IMG/VR virus record: IMGVR_UViG_3300037088_000361
Span: 32,001 to 96,000 of that record
DNA from: a virus
DNA length: 64,000 bases
Reading direction: 5' to 3' (one strand)
Positions 47,065-55,035 of the stretch are shown one piece after another. The notes beneath the pieces were generated by a model that worked only from the letters and a program-made list of their open reading frames with translations, made no database searches and was not told where the DNA came from. Each line of letters starts with the position of its first letter. Position 1 is the stretch's first letter. The position numbers were made by a program, and so were the translations under genes.

Positions 47065-47071
47065 GAGTTTA

Positions 47072-47148
47072 GGGTATGTGGAGCAGTTGGAGTGCTCGCC
47101 ACTCTGTCACAGTGGAGACCGGGGGTTCGAGTCCCCTCATACCCGCCA
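47072..47148 (+). tRNA. tRNA-Asp(GTC)
   Basis: GGGTATG/CATACCC, CCACT-CTGTCAC-AGTGG, G73, CCA. Confidence 0.93.
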
Positions 47149-47156
47149 TTTGAAAT

Positions 47157-47228
47157 GTGCCCATAACTCAGCGGTAGAGTGCCATCTTGACAGGGTGGAG
47201 GCGGTAGGTTCGACTCCTACTGGGCGCA
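47157..47228 (+). tRNA. tRNA-Val(GAC), no encoded CCA
   Basis: GTGCCCA/TGGGCGC, CCATC-TTGACAG-GGTGG, TTCGACT loop. Confidence 0.88.
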
Positions 47229-47273
47229 CATTGATAGACTTTTGAGTATCTATATAAGAGGTGCTCAGGGTCT

Positions 47274-47903
47274 ATGCTCTATACGGTCTACAAGACGACT
47301 AACCTTGCCAACGGCAAGTACTACTTTGGCGTCCACAAGACCGATAACCCAAATGATGACTATCTTGGGTCGGGGAAGTATATTAAAGCTGCTATAGCCA
47401 AACACGGTGAGGCGGCCCTTAAGAAAGAGGTTTTGTTTATCTACCTCGACGCTGAATCAGCGTTTGGTAAGGAAGATGAGCTAATCCAAACTTGGCGTGG
47501 TCGAGACCCACTGTGTATGAACTTGAGGAAGGGTGGCTCAGGTGGGTTTGACTGGATAAATAAAAAGCTCAATCAAGAATGGAGAAAGAGGGCAGCACAG
47601 ACAACAAATATCCACATCTTCAAACGTCGGGAATCGGATATTGAGTATAAGAACTTGGATGTTGCTCGTAGGAGAAGAAATTTTCTGTCCCTTTCTAGCG
47701 AATGGTATAAACAACGGGGGATGGCGGTTGCTAAAATAGGATGTGCAGCAGCGGCAAAAGTGAATTTCAAAGCGCAAGAACATGAGCTAGTTTTAAAATT
47801 ATATAAGCAAGGAATCTCGAAAAGTCAGATAGTTCGTCAAGTTGGCGTTGCAAAAAGCTCTGTTTTCTTGTGGATTAAACAAGCTTTGTTTTTGGGCGTG
47901 TAG
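47274..47903 (+). CDS. Seg-like GIY-YIG homing endonuclease with C-terminal HTH
   Basis: TVYKTTNL.NGKYYFGVHKT....DDYLGSG; C-terminal GISKSQI..Q.GV.KSSV..W. Confidence 0.88.
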   Translation: MLYTVYKTTNLANGKYYFGVHKTDNPNDDYLGSGKYIKAAIAKHGEAALKKEVLFIYLDAESAFGKEDELIQTWRGRDPLCMNLRKGGSGGFDWINKKLNQEWRKRAAQTTNIHIFKRRESDIEYKNLDVARRRRNFLSLSSEWYKQRGMAVAKIGCAAAAKVNFKAQEHELVLKLYKQGISKSQIVRQVGVAKSSVFLWIKQALFLGV

Positions 47904-47969
47904 CTCATCCGGGAGAGTGCAGCTTTCGCAAGGCTGAGGCGGTGGGTTCGAGTCCCATTACGTCCACCA
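47894..47969 (+). tRNA. tRNA-Ala(CGC)
   Basis: G3-U70, CAGCT-TTCGCAA-GGCTG, ACCA. Confidence 0.9.
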
Positions 47970-47976
47970 AATTCGT

Positions 47977-48050
47977 GGCCCGTTCGTCTAGGGGTAGGAC
48001 GGCAGATTCTCAATCTGCAAACAGGGGTTCAATTCCCCTACGGGCTACCA
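47977..48050 (+). tRNA. tRNA-Glu(CTC)
   Basis: GGCCCGT/ACGGGCT, GCAGA-TTCTCAA-TCTGC, CCA. Confidence 0.92.
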
Positions 48051-48100
48051 AGTTTCAACCCCCGCCATGCTAGGGGGAACACTGCATGACGGGAGGATAG

Positions 48101-48352
48101 ATGTTTACACTGTGGCATTGGTTTTTGAATTTCTTTTTTTGGCTGGTAAACTTGGTAATTTGGGTGATAAAAAACCCGGATGCCTTATTTACTTGGTTTT
48201 CCAAATGGGTAGTAATCGGGTGGATGGTGGTTCACACTATTCACTGGGCACGAGTGGAATACGTGAGGCTTTCCATTTCCACCGAGAGAAAGATTGCCAA
48301 GATTCGCCAGCCAGTGGACCCGAGTAAGGAGTCGGCTGAGGAAGAAGAGTAG
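48101..48352 (+). CDS. Small Trp-rich membrane protein
   Basis: 83 aa, GGGAGG RBS, hydrophobic N-half. Confidence 0.55.
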   Translation: MFTLWHWFLNFFFWLVNLVIWVIKNPDALFTWFSKWVVIGWMVVHTIHWARVEYVRLSISTERKIAKIRQPVDPSKESAEEEE

Positions 48353-48532
48353 GTATGAAAACGTGCTCTGCTTGCGGATTTAAGGGACGGTGGTTGACCC
48401 ATTTCTGTCCTGGACCCCCCGGACACGGGATTACTGACCTTGGGAACGGTTATATTTCCGTCGAGACTTTTCCCCTCTATCCGGCACAGGTGGTTGACCT
48501 TTCTGAAGCCAAGGAGCGAGATTTTAAGATTA

Positions 48533-48609
48533 GCACGGATACCCAAGCGGCCAAAGGGGATGGTCTGCAAAACCATTAGTCGTCAGTTCAAATCTGACTC
48601 CGTGCTCCA
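48533..48609 (+). tRNA. tRNA-Cys(GCA)
   Basis: GCACGGA/TCCGTGC, ATGGT-CTGCAAA-ACCAT, U73, CCA. Confidence 0.9.
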
Positions 48610-48616
48610 ATTTTAT

Positions 48617-48691
48617 GGCCTCATCGTCTAGCGGCTAGGACGGCAGACTTTCAATCTGCAAAGGAGAGTTCGACTCTCTCTGGGGCTACCA
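48617..48691 (+). tRNA. tRNA-Glu(TTC)
   Basis: GGCCTCA/TGGGGCT, GCAGA-CTTTCAA-TCTGC, CCA. Confidence 0.92.
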
Positions 48692-48696
48692 AATAT

Positions 48697-48791
48697 GGCG
48701 GACAGCACAGGCGTGCAGGCGGGTCCTATAAACCTGAAGTCGCCCTAGATAGGGGTGTCCGGCGTGGGTTCGAGTCCCCGGTCCGCTACCA
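48697..48791 (+). tRNA. Non-canonical tRNA with TAT anticodon (Ile?) and long variable arm
   Basis: GGCGGAC/GTCCGCT-A-CCA, short D-arm, CGGGT-CCTATAA-ACCTG, about 25-nt variable region, bulged T-stem with TTCGAGT. Confidence 0.7.
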
Positions 48792-48800
48792 AATTTTTTG

Positions 48801-48828
48801 TTGACAAATCATTTTTCAGTTGTATTAT
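48801..48828 (+). promoter_or_regulatory. Sigma70-type promoter upstream of tmRNA
   Basis: TTGACA-16 nt-TATTAT. Confidence 0.7.
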
Positions 48829-48917
48829 GTAGATGAAGACTGGAACACTCCAGTGGTTACAAAAGGGCTAAGGCCGCTCACACTGGGTAGCGGGGGATAA
48901 CCTGCGGTGTTCCGTTT

Positions 48918-49281
48918 GGGGGCGTCAGGTTTCGACGGGGACGCTCATTCTCAAGAGGCATGCCGGGGGAGAGCCTAACACCACCCGTAATCGGTAAAGG
49001 GCAATGTACTTGCAGAACCACTTAGCATGTACGCTATGGCCTAAAGCGATTTAGGTCACATCCACTCTTCCAGACTCGCATGTAGGAGACCGGATGTCGA
49101 TATGGCGGGAGTAGTCTTGGCCAAGCTTGTAAGCCAAGGCGAATTACTGAAAGCTAGTCACGGCTCTTGTATCGCTCAGTACCTTGGAGCTGTGGCGAAA
49201 AGAAGTGGAACTGAGATAAGCATGTAGTCTCTTGACGGTGAAGTCTTTCGGACGGGGTTTCGATTACCCCCGCCTCCACCA
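48918..49281 (+). ncRNA. ssrA: tmRNA (ssrA); predicted tag (A)AEPLSMYAMA* at 49012-49044
   Basis: 5' GGGGGCGTCAGGTTTCGACGGG, GCATG/CATG helix, 3' GACGGGGTTTCGATTACCCCCGCCTCCACCA, G3-U70, 364 nt. Confidence 0.92.
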
Positions 49282-49458
49282 AAATTTTAGAAGGTGTATG
49301 AACCTGCTGCAATATCTCGGATGTGGCATGTTTACCTTGGTGATGGTAAGCGTCTTGGGTCTGTGGGTTTACGATTATGTTAAGTATACCAAGCAGTTTT
49401 GAACGGGCGTAGTTAAGCTTGGTAAGACTTTATCTCTCTTATATAGAGGAGACACGAA

Positions 49459-49620
49459 ATGGCAAACGCAGAGATGGCACCAACGCCGCAGGGGACTAGG
49501 CTGTCCTCTGAACAGTTTGAAAAAGCCGTTCTTGAGTTTCAGAGTAATAAGAATGAGACCCGTGCGGCTGAACTTTGGGGAATCATAGAAAACCACCTAT
49601 TTCACTCAGTGGTTAGATAA
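49459..49620 (+). CDS. Small hypothetical protein (53 aa)
   Basis: Hand translation MANAEMAPTPQG...HSVVR; GAGGAG RBS. Confidence 0.5.
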   Translation: MANAEMAPTPQGTRLSSEQFEKAVLEFQSNKNETRAAELWGIIENHLFHSVVR

Positions 49621-49630
49621 TTAAATTTGA

Positions 49631-49706
49631 GCGGGGTTGACACATTGGTTGCGTCCCGGCTTCCCAAGCCGTGGTTAAGTGAGTCCGATTCTCACACCCC
49701 GCTCCA
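49631..49706 (+). tRNA. Second, divergent tRNA-Gly(CCC)
   Basis: GCGGGGT/ACCCCGC-TCCA, loop TTCCCAA; T-loop TCCGATT and weak D-stem. Confidence 0.7.
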
Positions 49707-49749
49707 ATCTTCCAAAAATCCAGTATTACCTCCCAGAGGAGACAAAATC

Positions 49750-49989
49750 ATGGACCCCATAAAAATTCCAACTGGTTCAGTCGTTGAACTCCGTGAACTT
49801 ACCCTTGTTGATATTGTGGAGGGCAACGATATGCTCGGGACCGCTCGTATGGTTGACCAAGCGCCTATCACCGTCACGGTGGCCAGCGTTTCGGGCAGTA
49901 CGATAAAGGACACGGATGGGAATACCTACTCTCTCGTCCCGTGGGATAGCGGGGTATTCTACGGGATATGGAGCGTCCTCACCCCCTAA
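49750..49989 (+). CDS. Hypothetical protein
   Basis: Start re-assigned to MDPIK after GAGGAG. Confidence 0.6.
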   Translation: MDPIKIPTGSVVELRELTLVDIVEGNDMLGTARMVDQAPITVTVASVSGSTIKDTDGNTYSLVPWDSGVFYGIWSVLTP

Positions 49990-50032
49990 GATTAATCCGT
50001 ATGCAGTATTAACCCTCTGGAGGCCAAAACAA

Positions 50033-50452
50033 ATGGAAAAACTTACAATCAATGAAGCATTGTCCGTGAAGAAGATGCTGGTCGAGCGCCACAATGAGCT
50101 TGTATCGCTGCGCAACGAGAACTCCGCCGTACGTACCAGCTACCGTGGAATGAAGGGGGACACCCCGGAGACCGTCGTTCCCGTGTACGACATCGTGGCC
50201 ATGGATACAATCATCTCGAACCTGTCCCGTGAGATGCGCAAGCTTGACATGGCCATCAAGGCTACCAACGCCGTGACACCGGTCAAGGACTACGAGTATG
50301 ACGACAGTATCCTTGGCGAGCTTGTACCAGCGGTAGGCAAAAGTGGCAGGGGACCCTCTGGTCTGTGTGCCTGTTGCGAGGGGGCTGACGGTCCGTGCGC
50401 CTGTTGTGGAAAGACCGGACGAGAGTCCAAGAAATCTAAGAAGAATCGTTAG
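50033..50452 (+). CDS. DIP1984-like coiled-coil protein with C-terminal CACC..CACC
   Basis: LTINEAL...K.L..R..EL and ..RKLD.AI.ATN..T pattern recalled from the DIP1984-like family; GGAGG RBS. Confidence 0.5.
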   Translation: MEKLTINEALSVKKMLVERHNELVSLRNENSAVRTSYRGMKGDTPETVVPVYDIVAMDTIISNLSREMRKLDMAIKATNAVTPVKDYEYDDSILGELVPAVGKSGRGPSGLCACCEGADGPCACCGKTGRESKKSKKNR

Positions 50453-50458
50453 TTTGAC

Positions 50459-50646
50459 GGGGGCTGATTAGAAGAGTGTGGCTAGTCGGAGCACTTCCAA
50501 ACTTCCGACGATAAAGATAGTGAGTGAGGAACAATGACAACCTTCGGGTTTTAACCTGCTTCTGTTGATAGTTGTTTCTTGCTTTTTCAGTTGTAGACTT
50601 TGTTGTGTCGATGGTTGTTTACCACGCCACTGACTTGTCAGTCCCC
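50459..50646 (+). ncRNA. Candidate structured RNA downstream of the DIP1984-like gene
   Basis: Closing stems GGGGGCTGAT/GTCAGTCCCC and GTGTGG/CCACGC; AACC-TTCG-GGTT hairpin; GTTG repeats. Confidence 0.5.
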
Positions 50647-50674
50647 GACCAGATTTTTCAGGGTATTACCTTTT

Positions 50675-51310
50675 ATGAAGTTGCCCCTTTCCACAATCGT
50701 TTCATTCCTTCTGGACAACCCCCTCCTGACCTTTACCGAGGCTTCCAGGAAGCTGAGGATACCCTACTGCAGAGTGAGGAAGGCGGCCGAGCAAGCCAGC
50801 ATAGGCGTGATGGACCATCACGCCACGAGGCGGGAGGCTATAGTTAGCCTGATTAAGGCTAACCCCGATGTTCCCTATCATCAATTGGGAAAGACGCTGG
50901 GTCTAAAGTTCCCCACCTTGAGTTCGATTGCCTCCAAGGCGGGGATATACCGCCATGTTCCCCGCAACCCCGCCGCCACGAAGGAGAGGGAGGACGGGGT
51001 GCTCTGCTCGCTGAAGGAGGGCAGGACATTCTGGGAGGCCGCTAGGGAAAACAAGTGCAGCAGGGGGATTATCACACGTGTGGCCAAGGTTAGCGGGATA
51101 CAAAGACCGGGATGCTCGCCGTTATCATATACGAAAGACCAAGAGGAGAAAGTCGTGAACTGGCTGGTTAACCATCCGTCTGTCTCCCACCCACGCATCG
51201 GCAAGAAGGTGGGGCTGCCCTTCTACACCGTCTCTAATATCTCCTATCGCAATGGTATCAGGAGACGCCTTCCTTCTCTCTATAAAGGGGAGGTTCCCAA
51301 TTTTGAGTAA
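50675..51310 (+). CDS. Multi-HTH DNA-binding protein
   Basis: Four repeated units such as NP....(Q/I)(L/G).K.LG....T.S.I....GI.R. Confidence 0.65.
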   Translation: MKLPLSTIVSFLLDNPLLTFTEASRKLRIPYCRVRKAAEQASIGVMDHHATRREAIVSLIKANPDVPYHQLGKTLGLKFPTLSSIASKAGIYRHVPRNPAATKEREDGVLCSLKEGRTFWEAARENKCSRGIITRVAKVSGIQRPGCSPLSYTKDQEEKVVNWLVNHPSVSHPRIGKKVGLPFYTVSNISYRNGIRRRLPSLYKGEVPNFE

Positions 51311-51331
51311 ATTACCAGATAGGGGTGTTAA

Positions 51332-51778
51332 ATGAGCACGAACTCCGAGTCCGTCTGCTCCAAATGCGAAAAGACCTTTAGCAATATCATCCACAGCATA
51401 AACAACAGGAACAAAGCAATAAGGGTAGATGCCCATATGTTCCAGTCTGGCAACGATACCCCGTTGACCGTGGCCGTCGAGGGCGGGCAGATAGTTGTCC
51501 GCATCGGCATCGGCACCAATGCTTGGGCATTTGAGCATAACAATGAGAATAACCCGTTTGACGATGCCAAGAATGATTTCGTCCAGAAATATAAGATAAC
51601 TGACCCTATGGAGTTTGCTCAGGATGTCGTTTGTGCTATGCAGGATGAGGGGGAGGATGGTTCCACATCGCTTACCGACTTCCTCGACAAGATGAATGAG
51701 GCGGCGGTCAACGACGGGAGTATGGGGGTGGAGGAGGATACAAGCGGGACCTCTGCCTATGCAAAGGATGGGAAATGA
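51332..51778 (+). CDS. Hypothetical acidic protein
   Basis: 148-aa ORF coupled to the next gene (ATGA). Confidence 0.6.
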   Translation: MSTNSESVCSKCEKTFSNIIHSINNRNKAIRVDAHMFQSGNDTPLTVAVEGGQIVVRIGIGTNAWAFEHNNENNPFDDAKNDFVQKYKITDPMEFAQDVVCAMQDEGEDGSTSLTDFLDKMNEAAVNDGSMGVEEDTSGTSAYAKDGK

Positions 51779-52512
51779 GAGCCCAGCTACTTTCAGATTT
51801 GCACAGTTGTTTCTATTCCAACCCCATTCACTTTCTTGAGTCTTTGGAGTTCGTTCCCGACCTTGATTTCCTCCTGCTCCCTGGGGACCTCACTGTTTCT
51901 TGCTCACAAGGTAAAGATAAGACTAAGTTGGTATTGGACTACCTTTCTGGCAAGGCTCGTCATTGTGTCTTCCTATGCGGAAATCATGAGTATTATCACG
52001 GCACTAAGGAGGCTGCTGAGGGAATCCTTGAGTCTGTAATGCCCTATAATTTTCATTGGCTAAGGAATACCTTAGAGGTCATTGATGGAATAAAATTTTT
52101 CGGCGGAACAATGTGGTTTCCCGACGCCCCGCACAATAAGATGTACGAGGACCAGCTTTCAGATTTCTTGGTCATCAAGGACTTCAAGAAGTGGGTCTAC
52201 GAGGAGAACAAGAAGTTCAACGAGGCGGCAAGGAGCCTCATCACCGATGAGACCATCGTCCTCACTCACCACCTTCCCGCTTACAGGGTGGTTGCCCCGG
52301 TCTTTCAAGGGGACAACCTGAACCGGTTCTTCGTCTGTGAGATGACCGACCTTATCCTTGACCGCAAGCCTCCCCTCTGGGTATATGGTCACACCCACCT
52401 CCCCGCTGACGATATGATAGGGGCGACAAGGGTTGTTTGTTTCCCGTATGGCTACCCCTCTGAATGTCCCCTTGGACCAAAATCCTACAAGTCGGTGGTA
52501 TTTGAGATATGA
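51775..52512 (+). CDS. Calcineurin-like metallophosphoesterase
   Basis: SDLH, GD, GNHE, THH and GHTH motifs. Confidence 0.9.
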   Translation: MRAQLLSDLHSCFYSNPIHFLESLEFVPDLDFLLLPGDLTVSCSQGKDKTKLVLDYLSGKARHCVFLCGNHEYYHGTKEAAEGILESVMPYNFHWLRNTLEVIDGIKFFGGTMWFPDAPHNKMYEDQLSDFLVIKDFKKWVYEENKKFNEAARSLITDETIVLTHHLPAYRVVAPVFQGDNLNRFFVCEMTDLILDRKPPLWVYGHTHLPADDMIGATRVVCFPYGYPSECPLGPKSYKSVVFEI

Positions 52513-52745
52513 ACCCAATCTTCGTCGCCGCCATCATTAAGAAATTTGGAGTTCAGGTCTTTGGGGGGAAGTATGAACTCTTCCTCACTGACTCGCAGTT
52601 GACCTCTATCAACTCTGGTAGCCGTGTGCAGGAGACCCGTGACCCCGTGCGGGGAGGCGTCGTGTTCACCCTCACCGAGAAGCCTAAGGTCATTGACATC
52701 CGCCCCATAGTCCCCGTTTCTCCGCAGTCTCCTTCCAGTATATAG
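52509..52745 (+). CDS. Hypothetical protein
   Basis: 78 aa, ATGA overlap. Confidence 0.55.
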   Translation: MNPIFVAAIIKKFGVQVFGGKYELFLTDSQLTSINSGSRVQETRDPVRGGVVFTLTEKPKVIDIRPIVPVSPQSPSSI

Positions 52746-52842
52746 CGCCAGCGCCTTCCAAGCCCCCTCCTAGCGTTCCTGAGCACCCCCCTCTACTCAA
52801 GCCCCATCTTCTGGCTTTCGTTTTCCTCTGTAGGGGAAAACT

Positions 52843-53400
52843 ATGCACAATCCGCTCCTACAGAAAAAGATAGCTACGCCTTCAAGCACGGACCGGCTCG
52901 AATCCCTCTATACTCTCCTCTCCAGCGACAATAGCGACGACCGGGCGACCTACCTTCAGGCCCGCCAAGAGTTTAAGGAGGCGCTATCGACCGTGGCAGG
53001 AATGCTCCCCCCCAAGAGCCGCCTTGGACGGGAGGTGCGCTTTGCCAAGTGGGACTTACTCAACGCCAATACTTTCGCCCAAGTCGGCGATTATGGTGCG
53101 GCCACGAGCAGTCAGCTACACGCCGTGTGGAGACTCAGGAAGGTTGTGGGTGCCTTGAAGAACAAGGTGGCATATGGGTACGATATTAGTGGGACTAGTG
53201 GCGAAATGTATAGCGGCTCGCAGGACATAGCAAACCGTGAGAACCAAAAGAACATTGATGACACCGCCCAGCCGTTTGAACAACATGAGACTGGTGGGAA
53301 TCCATCCAACCTCACGAGGGATTACTTGGCGGAGCAGGACTACCCCTCTCTTCGGGAGAAGAAAAACAAACGAATCCACTGGCCAGCAAGGACGAGGTAG
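52843..53400 (+). CDS. Hypothetical protein
   Basis: 185 aa, first gene of the second structural cluster. Confidence 0.65.
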   Translation: MHNPLLQKKIATPSSTDRLESLYTLLSSDNSDDRATYLQARQEFKEALSTVAGMLPPKSRLGREVRFAKWDLLNANTFAQVGDYGAATSSQLHAVWRLRKVVGALKNKVAYGYDISGTSGEMYSGSQDIANRENQKNIDDTAQPFEQHETGGNPSNLTRDYLAEQDYPSLREKKNKRIHWPARTR

Positions 53401-55035
53401 ATGCCAATAAGAATTCAAAATCCCCCGTGGAAACCAGCCTCTATCAGTGTCGTTGACGGCATCATCATCACCCCTGTGGAGTCTTGGAACGCTACTGTTT
53501 CCTACTCTCAAGGACTGGCGACCAGGTATCAAGGCTCTTCATACCTTTCCCTTAAAGATAACAACCGTGGTCATACCCCTGCAGGCGGCTCAAAGTGGTG
53601 GGGGCTGATTGCGCAGGGCGTCATGGGTACCACCGGTTCGAGTGGGTATACGGGTTATACCGGTCCCGGTAATTTTACAGGTTACACAGGATACACTGGA
53701 CCGGGAAACTTCACTGGATACACAGGCTACACCGGACCAGGTGCCTTTACTGGTTATACTGGATATACCGGTTACACCGGTTACACAGGATACACTGGAC
53801 CGGGAAACTTTACTGGGTACACTGGGTATACTGGACCCGCTGGAAGCGCCGGAGGCGCTGGAGCGACTGGATATACAGGCTACACGGGCTATACTGGTTC
53901 TGGCAATTTCACTGGTTATTCAGGATACACTGGAACAACTGGGTATACGGGGTATATGGGACCGGGAAACTTTACCGGCTACACAGGTTACACAGGCTAT
54001 ACCGGCTACACGGGACTTGGCAACTTCACTGGCTACACTGGGTATACTGGATACACCGGTCTCGGAAATTTTACTGGTTATACGGGGTATACTGGTCCTG
54101 AAGGAGCTGGTTCGGTAGGAGCTACTGGCTACACCGGTTATACCGGTTATACTGGACCGGGGAACTTCACAGGCTACACAGGCTATACTGGTCCGGGAAA
54201 CTTCACTGGTTATACTGGCTATACTGGCTATACCGGTTACACCGGCTACACCGGTCCTGCCGGTGCCGGAAACACTGGCTATACTGGCTATACTGGCTAT
54301 ACTGGCTATACTGGCTATACTGGCTATACTGGTCCCAGTATCACCGGTTATACTGGATACACTGGAAGAACAGGATATACTGGTTATACTGGTCCCGCTG
54401 GTGCTGGAGCGACAGGCTACACTGGATACACTGGTCCCGGTAATTTTACTGGCTATACTGGTTATACAGGTTCTGGAGGAGGAGGAACAGGATATACTGG
54501 TTACTCAGGGTATACTGGATATACTGGTCCCGGTAATTTTACTGGCTATACTGGTTATACAGGTTCTGGAGGAGGAGGAACAGGATATACTGGTTACTCA
54601 GGGTATACTGGATATACTGGTCCCGGTAATTTTACAGGTTACACCGGATACACGGGTTACACCGGATACACAGGCGGCGGCGAGTATTCGGTCGTCACCT
54701 TCATTATCGACGGTGGTGGAATCCCTCCTGACACGGGGTCAAAAGGGTTCGTACAGGTGCCATTTGCCTGCACTATCACAAGTTGGACACTCTTAGCCGA
54801 CCAAGTGGGAAGCTGCAGTATAACGATAAAAAAGTCCACCTACGCAGCCTTCCCAACTACTGCAAGCATAGTAGGAGCTGCTCTCCTTACGCTGGTATCA
54901 CAGCAGTCCAATTCCTCCAGCAGCTTGCCGGGATGGACTACCGGGGTCTTATCGGGTGATGTGCTGGAGTTTTACCTGACCAGTGTCAGCACCTCGACCA
55001 GGATAACTGTGGAGTTGCAGGTAACCAAGATATGA
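53401..55035 (+). CDS. Gly-Tyr-Thr repeat (collagen-like) fibre protein with N-terminal CBM5/12-like motif
   Basis: W....SY..G...Y.GS.Y.S.......P.....W, then about 350 aa of GYT/GPGNFT repeats, then a globular C-terminal domain. Confidence 0.85.
   Translation: MPIRIQNPPWKPASISVVDGIIITPVESWNATVSYSQGLATRYQGSSYLSLKDNNRGHTPAGGSKWWGLIAQGVMGTTGSSGYTGYTGPGNFTGYTGYTGPGNFTGYTGYTGPGAFTGYTGYTGYTGYTGYTGPGNFTGYTGYTGPAGSAGGAGATGYTGYTGYTGSGNFTGYSGYTGTTGYTGYMGPGNFTGYTGYTGYTGYTGLGNFTGYTGYTGYTGLGNFTGYTGYTGPEGAGSVGATGYTGYTGYTGPGNFTGYTGYTGPGNFTGYTGYTGYTGYTGYTGPAGAGNTGYTGYTGYTGYTGYTGYTGPSITGYTGYTGRTGYTGYTGPAGAGATGYTGYTGPGNFTGYTGYTGSGGGGTGYTGYSGYTGYTGPGNFTGYTGYTGSGGGGTGYTGYSGYTGYTGPGNFTGYTGYTGYTGYTGGGEYSVVTFIIDGGGIPPDTGSKGFVQVPFACTITSWTLLADQVGSCSITIKKSTYAAFPTTASIVGAALLTLVSQQSNSSSSLPGWTTGVLSGDVLEFYLTSVSTSTRITVELQVTKI
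53644..54675 (+). repeat. 9-nt-period coding repeat (ACN GGN TAY), including a 93-nt duplication (54430/54523) and a perfect ACTGGCTAT run near 54274-54330
   Basis: Directly visible in the sequence. Confidence 0.95.

Noticed and set aside
53644-54675. CRISPR array or DGR repeats
   Set aside because: The repeats have 9-nt coding periodicity with synonymous variation and no unique spacers; no cas or reverse transcriptase gene is in the window.
53609-54796. Alternative-frame ORFs with [11 protein letters not shown] repeats
   Set aside because: They are frame-shifted shadows of the GYT repeat and have no RBS.
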